DNA from: Candidatus Alkanophaga volatiphilum
Lineage (GTDB): Archaea > Halobacteriota > Syntropharchaeia > Alkanophagales > B39-G2
Assembly: GCA_029259545.1 (NCBI GenBank)
Contig: JAPHEE010000005.1
Coordinates: 1,143 to 65,142, forward strand
Direction: 5' to 3'
Length of the DNA: 64,000 bases
How positions within the stretch are numbered: position 1 is the first letter of the stretch; every line of letters begins with the position of its first letter. Under the pieces are notes generated by a model. It worked only from the letters and a program-made list of their open reading frames with translations, did not search any database and was not told the DNA's origin. Shown one piece after another: positions 8,023-16,363 of this stretch. The translations under genes were made by a program, and so were the position numbers.

Positions 8023-9249
8023 ATGAACCGGGAGAGCATCGTAACCGGGCTTTTGGGGCTCGGGCTCGGGCTTGCGTTGTGCAGCGTCGTGCTGGCGTTG
8101 ACGTTTTCGAGGGTGGCGGGGGGCGAGGAGCTGACGTGGACGTACGGCACGCGCCTGATAAGGATAAACTGGGTCTGGCTTTCGAACCTCTTCCTCACGT
8201 GCGGGCTGGGGATGTTCGTGGTCGCCGCCCTCATGCCGGTGCTCAGGCGGGTGAGCCTGAGGACGCTTGCGGCTTCGCTCCCGCTCTCGGCTCTCTACCT
8301 CCTCATATCCGCCCTCGACGTCGTCACGACCCGTGTGCTGATAGACAGCGGCATGGGCGACGAGGTCAACCCGTTCATGGCTGCCCTGATGAACGTGTTC
8401 GGGACGGGCTACGCGCTGTCGCTCAACTTTGCGGTCTCGCTGTTCATAATCATAGCCCTCCTGTACTTTGCGGAGCGGCTGCCCCTGTTCTCGGCGGTCG
8501 TGCTCCTGATATCCTTCGTCCGTGGGCTGGTGGTGCACAGCAACATGAACATCGTCGAGGGATACACGCTGAGCACGTGGCTCGCAGCGCTGGAAAGCTC
8601 CCTGATCGAAAGCGTCCCGACCGTCATACTCTTCGCCCTCTCCGTGGTTCTGGGCGTGACGACCGCATTCGCATTCCCCGAGGAGGAGGGGGAGCGCCCG
8701 CAGCCCGGAGAACGCCCGCAGCCCGGGGAGCACCCGCCGTTCGGGGAGCGCCCGTCGCCCGGGGAGCGCCCGCAGCCCCTTTCGACTCCGACTCCGGGCT
8801 CGACCCTGCTGAGGGCGTCGAGAGCCGGCGCCGGCAGCGGCGGCGGGGGCGACGAGGAAAAAGGCGAGCTGCGGCTGCCCCTGCGGTCGCCGCCGTCAAC
8901 GGCGCCGTCAGCGGCGTCGTCAGCGGCGTCGTCGGCGTCGTCAGCGGCGGCGTCGTCGGCGGGCGGCGGGCGTGCGGTGCGGGTCGCCGAGGGGGCTGCC
9001 GGAAGGGTTGCCGAGGGGGCTGCTGAGAGGGCTGCCGAGGAGGTTGCCGGAAGGGCTGCCGGGGGGGTGGCGGGCGATTTGGGGGTGGGCGCCGTCGAGC
9101 TTGCGTTTCTGCTGGAGAGGTTCAGGATGGAGCGGGAGGTTTTGGAGGCGTTGCTGGAGGTGAGCCGGGAGGTGAGCCGGCGTAAGGGCATCCCGGTGAG
9201 TAAAGTGACCCTGCAGGACGTGATAGAAGAGCTCAAGAGGCGGTATTAG
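8023..9249 (+). CDS. polytopic membrane protein (DUF5658-like D..TT...E.NP core) with low-complexity tail
   Basis: Several hydrophobic helices. The block LLISALDVVTTRVLIDSGMGDEVNPFMAAL resembles DUF5658. Followed by (GERPQP)-type repeats, Ser/Ala and AEGAAGRV repeats, and a helical C-terminus. Confidence 0.6.
   Translation: MNRESIVTGLLGLGLGLALCSVVLALTFSRVAGGEELTWTYGTRLIRINWVWLSNLFLTCGLGMFVVAALMPVLRRVSLRTLAASLPLSALYLLISALDVVTTRVLIDSGMGDEVNPFMAALMNVFGTGYALSLNFAVSLFIIIALLYFAERLPLFSAVVLLISFVRGLVVHSNMNIVEGYTLSTWLAALESSLIESVPTVILFALSVVLGVTTAFAFPEEEGERPQPGERPQPGEHPPFGERPSPGERPQPLSTPTPGSTLLRASRAGAGSGGGGDEEKGELRLPLRSPPSTAPSAASSAASSASSAAASSAGGGRAVRVAEGAAGRVAEGAAERAAEEVAGRAAGGVAGDLGVGAVELAFLLERFRMEREVLEALLEVSREVSRRKGIPVSKVTLQDVIEELKRRY
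8688..8777 (+). repeat. five tandem 18-nt coding repeats (GERPQP GERPQP GEHPPF GERPSP GERPQP)
   Basis: Read directly: GGGGAGCGCCCGCAGCCC and its variants, head to tail. Confidence 0.9.
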
Positions 9250-9392
9250 CGTCACGCCGTGGCAGCCGGCGTCCGGCAGCCGAGCGGCACGCCGACGGCG
9301 GCGACAACAAAGTGACCCTCACCCAGCATTGCGGCTTTGTCCGAAAAATCTGAAAAAAATAGAAAAAGACTACTGCTTGAGAGCTATGCTAA

Positions 9393-9932
9393 CTATGCGC
9401 TTACCAGCTCAACTGACGCCCTGACTCCTATGGTGATCGTCCCGTCTTTGTATGCGATGCCGTTAAGTTTGAGGAAGTACGTCTTGTTGCCAATACTTGT
9501 GGCGGTATCATTGATGACGAGCGTTGGCGTCCACGGCGTCAGGAAGCCTTTTAGCTCATCGCCGGAATCATACTGGTGATCACCGTCGTCCTTATAAACT
9601 GCTATCGCTATCGATCTGATGTCGCTCAGATCTCCAGTAGCTCCTTTTCCCAACGCTGGAGCGTCGATGATGAGCCTGTATGTTACCGACGATCCGGGGA
9701 TGCTTGATACAGTGACGTTTACCTTTCCAAAATCTTGATTCGTCCAGATTCCCGGTGCGTACAACGTCGTGCCGCTAGGTTCGGAATACACTTCGAGAAT
9801 TTGCGTTGCCGTCACCGTCGCCGTGCTGTATGCGGAGTAGTAGACCATAGCCATGGCTGCGAGGGCGATGACCGTCACCGCACCCACTGCGAGCGCCTTC
9901 TTGTTCACCCTTCCGCTCGTGCCTCCCTTCAT
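9393..9932 (-). CDS. small secreted or membrane-anchored beta-rich protein, paralogue of the C-terminus of 6778-7887 (TasA/DUF1102-like pilin candidate)
   Basis: MKGGTSGRVNKKALAVGAVTVIALAAMAMVYYSAYSTATVTATQ..., with an N-terminal basic stretch plus a hydrophobic helix. Alternating beta-like pattern; ends VRASVELVSA, compared with VQASAELM in the paralogue. AT-rich promoter-like tract upstream at about 9960-9990. Confidence 0.6.
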   Translation of the reverse strand: MKGGTSGRVNKKALAVGAVTVIALAAMAMVYYSAYSTATVTATQILEVYSEPSGTTLYAPGIWTNQDFGKVNVTVSSIPGSSVTYRLIIDAPALGKGATGDLSDIRSIAIAVYKDDGDHQYDSGDELKGFLTPWTPTLVINDTATSIGNKTYFLKLNGIAYKDGTITIGVRASVELVSA

Positions 9933-10245
9933 TCACACCCCCGGTGGGAGGTGGATGAAAGCCGTATTTAAAACTTTCGACACTTTTATATCGGTTGGGT
10001 CGGCGGGCGTGGTCTTGCGGCGTCGTGGCGGCGTGCCCGCCCGGCGGCGGCGTCAGCGGCGGCGTCGTCGGCGGGCGGCGGGCGTGCGGGCGTGCGGTCG
10101 TGCGTCGTGCGGTGCGGCGGCGTCGTCGTGGCGGGGGTGGGTGGGGTGGAGGGGAGGGGGTGCGGCGTTGCCGAAAGTCGTTGCTTGCTTTCAAGCGGGG
10201 GGCGGGTGGTTAAGTTTAAACCTAAATCTCTAGGGGGGGATCTGG

Positions 10246-11352
10246 GTGCGGTGTTTGATAGTTCACCACTGGGACGCCGACGGCGTGAGTTCTGCGGCGC
10301 TCCTCCGCATTCTGCTCGGGCGTGGCGTTTTCGGCGAGCCGCCCGTGGAGGTGACGAACGTGACGCCGGAGATCGGCGTCTACTCGCTCGAGGGCTTGCG
10401 TCGCCGCATACGTGGGGGTTACGATCTGGTGATCCTTGCGGACATTTGTTTTTCGAGGGGGGAGGTTTTGCGTCTGAAGGAGCTTGCGGGCGCCGAGAGG
10501 CTGTGGATCTTCGACCATCACCACCAAGAGGAGGTTCGGGGGGCGGGCGTGGTGCACGTGAACCCGGTGATCGGCGGGGGCTGGTGCCCGTCGGCGTCGT
10601 GGCTGCTGGCGGAGCGCTTCCGCACGCCCTCGCCGCGGTGCGAGTTCCTGAAGGTCCTCGGGGCGGTCGGCGACCTCGAGGGCAGGATAAGGGAGACGGA
10701 AGCCTACCGGGACGTCGAAAGGTTTTTGGGCGGCGTGGGCATGAGCTTCGAGGAGCTTCTGCACGCTGCGGAGCTCGTCGATTCCAACTACCGGGTGGGC
10801 TGCGTCGAGTGCGTGGAGGAAGCCGTCCTGAAGCTCTTGGAAGTTGAGAAGCCGCAGGACGTGCTGGAGGTGGCGGAGTGGCGGGGGAGAGCCGAGAGGG
10901 TGAGGGCGGAGATAGAAAAGTGGGTTTCGGGGTGCGGGCGGCGGAGCCGTGAGCTCACGACGGCGGGCGGACGCAGCGTCCTGATATGCGAGATGGACAC
11001 ACGCCTCCACATAATCTCGGCGGTGACGAGGCGGCTGGCGGCGGCAAACCCCAAAAAGATCGTCGTCGTCGTGAACAGGGGGTTCGAGCGGGGACGGGGG
11101 CGGCAGCCGGAGGCTGAGGCGGAACCGGAGCCGGAGGCTGAGGTGGAAGCTGAGCGGGAGCGGCGGGTGCGGGGCGGCTTCCTTCAGATATACGTGCGGA
11201 CGCACCTCGGCGTCGATCTGACGCCGCTCATCCCGTATATGAGGGGGAGGGGCTGCTCCGCCGGCGGGAAGCGGGAGGTCGTCGGGGTCGTCGCACCGCC
11301 GGGCGCCGCCGCCCTCGAAGGTCTGGAGGCGTTTCTGGCTCGCAACTTCTGA
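10246..11352 (+). CDS. DHH-family phosphoesterase (RecJ-like fold)
   Basis: LIVHHWDADGVSSAALL (DHH motifs I/II) and WIFDHHHQ (motif III). Carries an acidic repeat insert, GRQPEAEAEPEPEAEVEAERER. Confidence 0.7.
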   Translation: MRCLIVHHWDADGVSSAALLRILLGRGVFGEPPVEVTNVTPEIGVYSLEGLRRRIRGGYDLVILADICFSRGEVLRLKELAGAERLWIFDHHHQEEVRGAGVVHVNPVIGGGWCPSASWLLAERFRTPSPRCEFLKVLGAVGDLEGRIRETEAYRDVERFLGGVGMSFEELLHAAELVDSNYRVGCVECVEEAVLKLLEVEKPQDVLEVAEWRGRAERVRAEIEKWVSGCGRRSRELTTAGGRSVLICEMDTRLHIISAVTRRLAAANPKKIVVVVNRGFERGRGRQPEAEAEPEPEAEVEAERERRVRGGFLQIYVRTHLGVDLTPLIPYMRGRGCSAGGKREVVGVVAPPGAAALEGLEAFLARNF

Positions 11353-11783
11353 GGCACGGGCGGTCGTGGGAGTGAGGCGGAGGTGACCGACCGTTCCGGT
11401 TACGGAGACCGTTCTGGTTCTCCGCTACTTTCATAACTTTTGATGCGTGTGTAGCGGAGAGCCTTCCGCGGAGAGCCTTCCCTCCTCCCATCCTCATCGG
11501 AGGGCTTTGGGGGGACGAAACTCCCCACATCTATCTTCCGTAACTCCGCCCTTCGGGCTTACCTCCCTTCCCGCATTCCGGCGGAGCTCCTACAAAAACC
11601 GTTAAAGGTTTCGAAGTTGCAAAAGTTACCGTACACGTTCCGCCCGCACCGCCGAGCCGGCTTCACGCGCCCCCCGCCGCAGGCGGCGTCGCCCCGTGCG
11701 GCGTCGCCGCTCCGTGCGCCGTCGCCGTGAAAGCCGGCTCCTGCCGTGCGGGCGGTCGTGGAAGTGGGTGGGGGGCGGAGCGG

Positions 11784-12209
11784 ATGCGTCCGGACTTGAG
11801 TCCGGATTCGGAGCTTGTGAGGAGGGCGGTGGAGTTCCACGGGCACTTGGGACCGTTCCTCGTTTTGGGTCTGAGGGCAGGGCTTCTCGCATTGGAAAGA
11901 CTCGGGGCTGCGAAGCACGAGCTGAGCGTCGTCGTGGAGACGGAAGACAAGCCGCCGGCGTCGTGCATCATCGACGGGATACAGGTTTCAACAGGCTGCA
12001 CTCTGGGAAGGGCGAACCTGCAGGTGAAATGGCATGAGGGAACGCCTAAGATCACCTTCAAGAAGGATTCTAGGCTCTTGGTGCTGAAGGTAAGAGATGC
12101 GGCTCTGAAAGAGATCGTAACTAAGATAGAAGAGGGGGGCAGTGAGGCTGCCGCTAAGGATGTCCTGTATAAGGATGAAAAGCAGTTATTTGACCTCAGC
12201 GCCCCTTAA
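11784..12209 (+). CDS. FmdE/FwdE-domain protein
   Basis: VEFHGHLGPFLVLGLRAGLLALERLG and IIDGIQVSTGCTLGRANL are typical of the FmdE family. ATG at 11784 preferred over the upstream GC-rich extension. Confidence 0.75.
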   Translation: MRPDLSPDSELVRRAVEFHGHLGPFLVLGLRAGLLALERLGAAKHELSVVVETEDKPPASCIIDGIQVSTGCTLGRANLQVKWHEGTPKITFKKDSRLLVLKVRDAALKEIVTKIEEGGSEAAAKDVLYKDEKQLFDLSAP

Positions 12210-12345
12210 TAGCTGCTTAAGCTGCGGCAGAAGTATCGGTATAGATAAGTATCTGCGCATCTTCTGGGCTTCTGCTGCTCCATCGGGTGCGAGTTTCTTC
12301 GTGACACGTCACAAATTTAAGCTACAGCTTCGTTAGTTAACTTAG

Positions 12346-14787
12346 ATGGAGCTAAGAGGTTTCCTGCTCGATGCAGACTATATAACTGAGAATGGACGAG
12401 CCATAATAAGGCTCTGGTGCAAGGACGAGCACGGAAGGCGTATTATTATTTTCGACAAAAACTTCGAGCCGTATTTTTACGCATTCAAGGAAGTTGCCTT
12501 GGAGGACGAGGAGGCGCTGAGGAGAGAACTTTTGGGCGTGCGGGTGCGGAGCAAAAAAGAGGAGATTAAGGTGAAGGATGTAACCGTGGAGGAGAAGAGG
12601 CTTTTAGGCAGGAGGAAGAGGGTTTTCAAGGTTTTTGCGGAGCACCCGCAGCATGTCCCCGCTCTGAGGAGGGAAATAGAAAACAGAGGGTTCACAGTTC
12701 TTGAAGCAGATGTGCTCTTTGCCGTACGCTATCTAATAGATAAGGGTCTAAAGCCGTTCAGCGGCGTCAGAGCGGAAGGTGAAGCCGCCGCCGTCGAGTA
12801 CGCCGACGCCGCCGTCGTGGCGACCGACGTGAAATACTTAGAAATGAAGGAACTGCCGCCGCTTGATATCCTAGCGTTCGACTGCGAGATGGCGAACCCT
12901 TATGGGATGCCCTCACCGAGCAGGGACCCCATAATTGTGATTTCCGTCGCATACCTCACCGCAAATGGAGATAGAGGTACGAAGTTCTTTGTGAAGAGCG
13001 ATGATGAAGATGATAAGCGTATAATTCAAGAATTCTTAGACTTCATACGCGACTTCTCGCCAGACATCATCGTGGGCTACAACAGCGACGCCTTCGACTG
13101 GCAATACATAAAGGAGCGGGCGAAGCTTCATAAAATCGAGCTGAATGTCGGTGTTGATGGCAGCTCACTCCGCATTGAGAAGACACCAACGCCCGAAGTC
13201 AACATTGCCGGACGCTTGAACGTCGACCTTTATAAAGTCGTCCAGCGGGACCTCGGCGAGGTGAAGGTCAAGACGTTGGAAAACGTTGCAGAGTTCCTTG
13301 GTGTTATGCAGCGTGAGGAGCGCGTTGAGCTTTCCGCAAAGGGGATCTACGAGGCGTGGCTGCGGGACAAGGAGAAACTCTTGGAATATGCGAGGGCGGA
13401 CGTGGAGAGCACGCTTGGCATCGCTGAACGCCTGCTGCCGCTGCAGTACGAGTTCTCGAAGATGACGAGGTGCCCGCTGGACATCGCCGCCCGAATGGGG
13501 CGGGGGCGTCAGGTGGAAGCGTACCTCAGCGCCGAAGCGCACAAAATCGGCGAGCTCGTGCCGCCGAAGAGCGGCGTCGCCGAGACCTACGAGGGCGGCT
13601 TCGTGCTGAGTCCGGTCGAGGGACTGCACGAGAACGTCGTCTGTCTCGACTTCTCCGCCATGTACCCCTCCATAATGATCTCCTTCAACATCTCCCCCGA
13701 CACCTACGTCGGGAACGTGAAAGAAGGCTTAAGCGTGCCTGAGGAGGAGGTGAATATAGCGCCGGAGGTCGGACACGCCTTCAGAAAGCAGCCGGACGGC
13801 TTCTTCAAGAAGATACTCGTGGAGCTCGTGCAGCGGCGAGCGAAGCTGAAAGAGGAGATGAAGAAGCTCGATAAAGACAGCGACGCCTACCGCCTCCTCG
13901 ACATCCAGCAGCAGTGCATCAAAATCCTGACGAACAGCTTTTACGGCTACACGGGCTGGGGCGCCGCCCGCTGGTACAAGAGGGAATGTGCGGAGGCTAC
14001 GACGGCGTGGGGTCGCCACTTCATAAGAGAAGCTATTAAAATGGCTGAAGAGATGGGCTTTAAGGTCATTTACGGCGACACCGACTCCATCTTCGTGAAG
14101 CTGCCTGACGGTGGCGATGTGTTGAAGCGAGCGGAGGAGCTCGCAGCCAAAATTTCAGAGAAGTTGCCACTGGAGCTTGAAGTCGAGGATTTCTTCAAGA
14201 CGATTTTCTTCACCGAGAAGAAAAAGCGATACGCAGCCCTTACGGCGGACGGCGAGATCGTAGTTCGAGGTTTAGAGGTGCGGCGGGGCGACTGGTGCGA
14301 GCTCGCCAGAGAGGTGCAAGCGGCGGTCATAAATGCGATTTTGCGTGATAAGAGTCCGGAAAAGGCGGTGGAGTACGTCAGGAACGTCATAAAGAAGCTT
14401 AAAAGAGGGGAGATTCCGGTGGGGAAACTCATAATCTACAAGACGCTCACGAAGAAAGCGTCGGGCTACGACGCAAAGCAGCCGCACGTGCTGGCGGCTG
14501 AAAAGGCGAAAGCGAAGAACATAGTGTACGAGGTTGGCTCCAAGGTGCCCTACATCATACTTAAAGGCGCCGAAAAGATGAGCGAGCGGGCATTCCCCGC
14601 AGACTTGATAGATGAAGCACGAGGGAATGAAATATTATCGGATGGCATGACGCATCATATAGACTGCGACTACTACGTGAAACACCAGGTTATACCTGCG
14701 GCGCACAGGATTCTGAAATATTTTGGGTATGATGAGAAAGTTTTTGAAGAATCAGGGCAGATGACTCTCGACCGGTGGTTCAGCTGA
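12346..14787 (+). CDS. polB: family B DNA polymerase
   Basis: 813 aa. Exonuclease motifs FDCEM and YNSDAFDW. Polymerase motifs LDFSAMYPSIM, KILTNSFYGY and YGDTDSIF. Confidence 0.95.
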   Translation: MELRGFLLDADYITENGRAIIRLWCKDEHGRRIIIFDKNFEPYFYAFKEVALEDEEALRRELLGVRVRSKKEEIKVKDVTVEEKRLLGRRKRVFKVFAEHPQHVPALRREIENRGFTVLEADVLFAVRYLIDKGLKPFSGVRAEGEAAAVEYADAAVVATDVKYLEMKELPPLDILAFDCEMANPYGMPSPSRDPIIVISVAYLTANGDRGTKFFVKSDDEDDKRIIQEFLDFIRDFSPDIIVGYNSDAFDWQYIKERAKLHKIELNVGVDGSSLRIEKTPTPEVNIAGRLNVDLYKVVQRDLGEVKVKTLENVAEFLGVMQREERVELSAKGIYEAWLRDKEKLLEYARADVESTLGIAERLLPLQYEFSKMTRCPLDIAARMGRGRQVEAYLSAEAHKIGELVPPKSGVAETYEGGFVLSPVEGLHENVVCLDFSAMYPSIMISFNISPDTYVGNVKEGLSVPEEEVNIAPEVGHAFRKQPDGFFKKILVELVQRRAKLKEEMKKLDKDSDAYRLLDIQQQCIKILTNSFYGYTGWGAARWYKRECAEATTAWGRHFIREAIKMAEEMGFKVIYGDTDSIFVKLPDGGDVLKRAEELAAKISEKLPLELEVEDFFKTIFFTEKKKRYAALTADGEIVVRGLEVRRGDWCELAREVQAAVINAILRDKSPEKAVEYVRNVIKKLKRGEIPVGKLIIYKTLTKKASGYDAKQPHVLAAEKAKAKNIVYEVGSKVPYIILKGAEKMSERAFPADLIDEARGNEILSDGMTHHIDCDYYVKHQVIPAAHRILKYFGYDEKVFEESGQMTLDRWFS

Positions 14788-14853
14788 GCTGTAGGGGCGA
14801 GTGACCAAAAATTTTATATATTACCGATGATTATCTGGTTGCGGGTGATATAG

Positions 14854-15069
14854 ATGCCCGAACTACCGATTGCACCCATAACCCGGATAATAAGGAAAGC
14901 GGGTGCGGAGCGGGTAAGTGAAGAAGCAAGTGTCGAGCTTGTAAGGTGCCTTGAGGAAGTAGGGGCAAAGATATCAAAGGAAGCGGTTGACCTCGCAAAA
15001 CACGCCGGTAGAAAAACCGTGAAGAAGGAAGACATTCAAAAAGCTGCGCAAAGAATCATCAGGGAGTAG
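14854..15069 (+). CDS. archaeal histone
   Basis: 71 aa. [25 protein letters not shown]...[14 protein letters not shown] is a histone-fold signature. Confidence 0.95.
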   Translation: MPELPIAPITRIIRKAGAERVSEEASVELVRCLEEVGAKISKEAVDLAKHAGRKTVKKEDIQKAAQRIIRE

Positions 15070-15248
15070 ATCACAAAAGCAAAACCCATTTCCCTCCTTA
15101 ACTTTTTTTATTGTTTGTTTTCACAGATGCTGATAACCTCACCATACTTATATGGATGTCATTATGCTCATGAGTTGCGACTATGCTAGCGACATCAACA
15201 TTCCCATATAAAATAAATGCTGGGTTAAATTTTCGTAGATCTTCGCCC

Positions 15249-15935
15249 TTACAGCCCAGAAGTTAAATCTAAGACCTTTGCTCGCACGTCCTTTGCCTTA
15301 ACGACGCCGGAAGCAAGCAAAACGCCATCAGCGCCAAGTTCAATAGCCGCTCGCACGTCATCCCCGTCTGTTATTCCGGCGCCGCATAGAACGACGCAGT
15401 CTTCACAAACTTTCTTAACCGCCTTTACAGTGTCCTCAACGACCGCAGGATCTACCTTTGAGACGGAGCGCCCCGTTCCTATCAATTCGGGTGGCTCCAC
15501 TGCAACCGCGTAAGGCTTAAGTGCAGCAACCGCCCGGCTTACCGCCACGTTGTTCGTACAAACTACCGTAAAGAGCTGTAGCTTTCTTGCTCTTTGCACT
15601 ATGAAGTCGATGTCGGCGATCCTCAGCCGCCGCTCGGAGTGGTTCACGAGCGTCCCTACGGCGCCCGCCGCCTTTATGGACTCGAGGGTTACAGCCCCAG
15701 TATGGCTCCCCGGCTCCACGGCGTCCACATGTTGAGCGAAGCACGGAATTTCGACCTGTGCTGCTATCCATGCCAAAGAAACCTGTGGTGGGCACACTAC
15801 TATGCTTAGCTCCTTCTCCTCTGTCAGCTCCTTGGCGACCTCCTCACATGTCTTCGCTATCTTCAAACCGCCCTCGCCATTCACTTCCTCATAAGCCTTC
15901 ATATTCACAACAATCATCGGCGTCCGCACTTCCAT
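15249..15935 (-). CDS. tpiA: triosephosphate isomerase (archaeal type)
   Basis: 228 aa. Contains MIVVNMKAYEE, LVNHSERRL and AVEPPELIGTG. Confidence 0.9.
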   Translation of the reverse strand: MEVRTPMIVVNMKAYEEVNGEGGLKIAKTCEEVAKELTEEKELSIVVCPPQVSLAWIAAQVEIPCFAQHVDAVEPGSHTGAVTLESIKAAGAVGTLVNHSERRLRIADIDFIVQRARKLQLFTVVCTNNVAVSRAVAALKPYAVAVEPPELIGTGRSVSKVDPAVVEDTVKAVKKVCEDCVVLCGAGITDGDDVRAAIELGADGVLLASGVVKAKDVRAKVLDLTSGL

Positions 15936-15979
15936 GCAATAATCTAAGCCTCAGGTATATAAGTAGGGAGTGAGGACAT

Positions 15980-16363
15980 ATGCAGATGAGTCAGAGCATA
16001 AGGAGTGAAGTTTATGAGATATCTGAGGAGATTTTAGCCAAGGTAAGAGAGTTGATGAGCGCGGATTTCTCTGAAGTGCTATCAATTTTAAAAGCGGTTT
16101 CCGACCCTACACGGTTGCGTATACTTAAATCTTTGCTCCTAGAGGAGCTATGCGTCTGCGTGTTCGTGGAGACCACAAAATGCAAGTATCCTGCCCTCTC
16201 TTACCACTTAAAGACGCTGAAGGACGCCGGATTGGTAACCTCGGAACGAAGGGGCAGCTTTTTGATATACAAGCTAACTACCCTAGGAAAATATGTTTTA
16301 AAGCTCATATCCATGCTGGAGGAATATATACGATCTGGGCTCAAGTCCGATGATACGGATTAA
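15980..16363 (+). CDS. ArsR/SmtB-family transcriptional regulator
   Basis: LKAVSDPTRLRILKSLLLEELCVCVFVE...LSYHLKTLKDAGLVTSERRG. Confidence 0.9.
   Translation: MQMSQSIRSEVYEISEEILAKVRELMSADFSEVLSILKAVSDPTRLRILKSLLLEELCVCVFVETTKCKYPALSYHLKTLKDAGLVTSERRGSFLIYKLTTLGKYVLKLISMLEEYIRSGLKSDDTD

Noticed and set aside
7156-8733. 525-aa minus-strand ORF, plus other long ORFs at 7911-9026, 8409-9236, 10092-10847 and 10222-11205 in the GC-rich block
   Set aside because: They run antisense or out of frame to more credible genes. Their translations are Arg/Pro/Gly/His-rich strings without hydrophobic periodicity. Stop codons are simply rare at this GC content.
11454-11481. Tandem duplication GCGGAGAGCCTTCC x2, checked along with the other intergenic gaps as a possible CRISPR array
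   Set aside because: There are only two 14-nt units with no spacer. No series of at least 3 repeats of 24-40 nt with unique spacers exists here, or in 19.8-20.2, 25.8-26.1, 34.3-34.6 or 45.6-45.8 kb.
15100-15245. AT-rich gap after the histone gene, scanned for a C/D-box sRNA (CTGA and TGATG-like strings present)
   Set aside because: There is no properly spaced C (RUGAUGA) / D (CUGA) pair with terminal stem. The strings are isolated.
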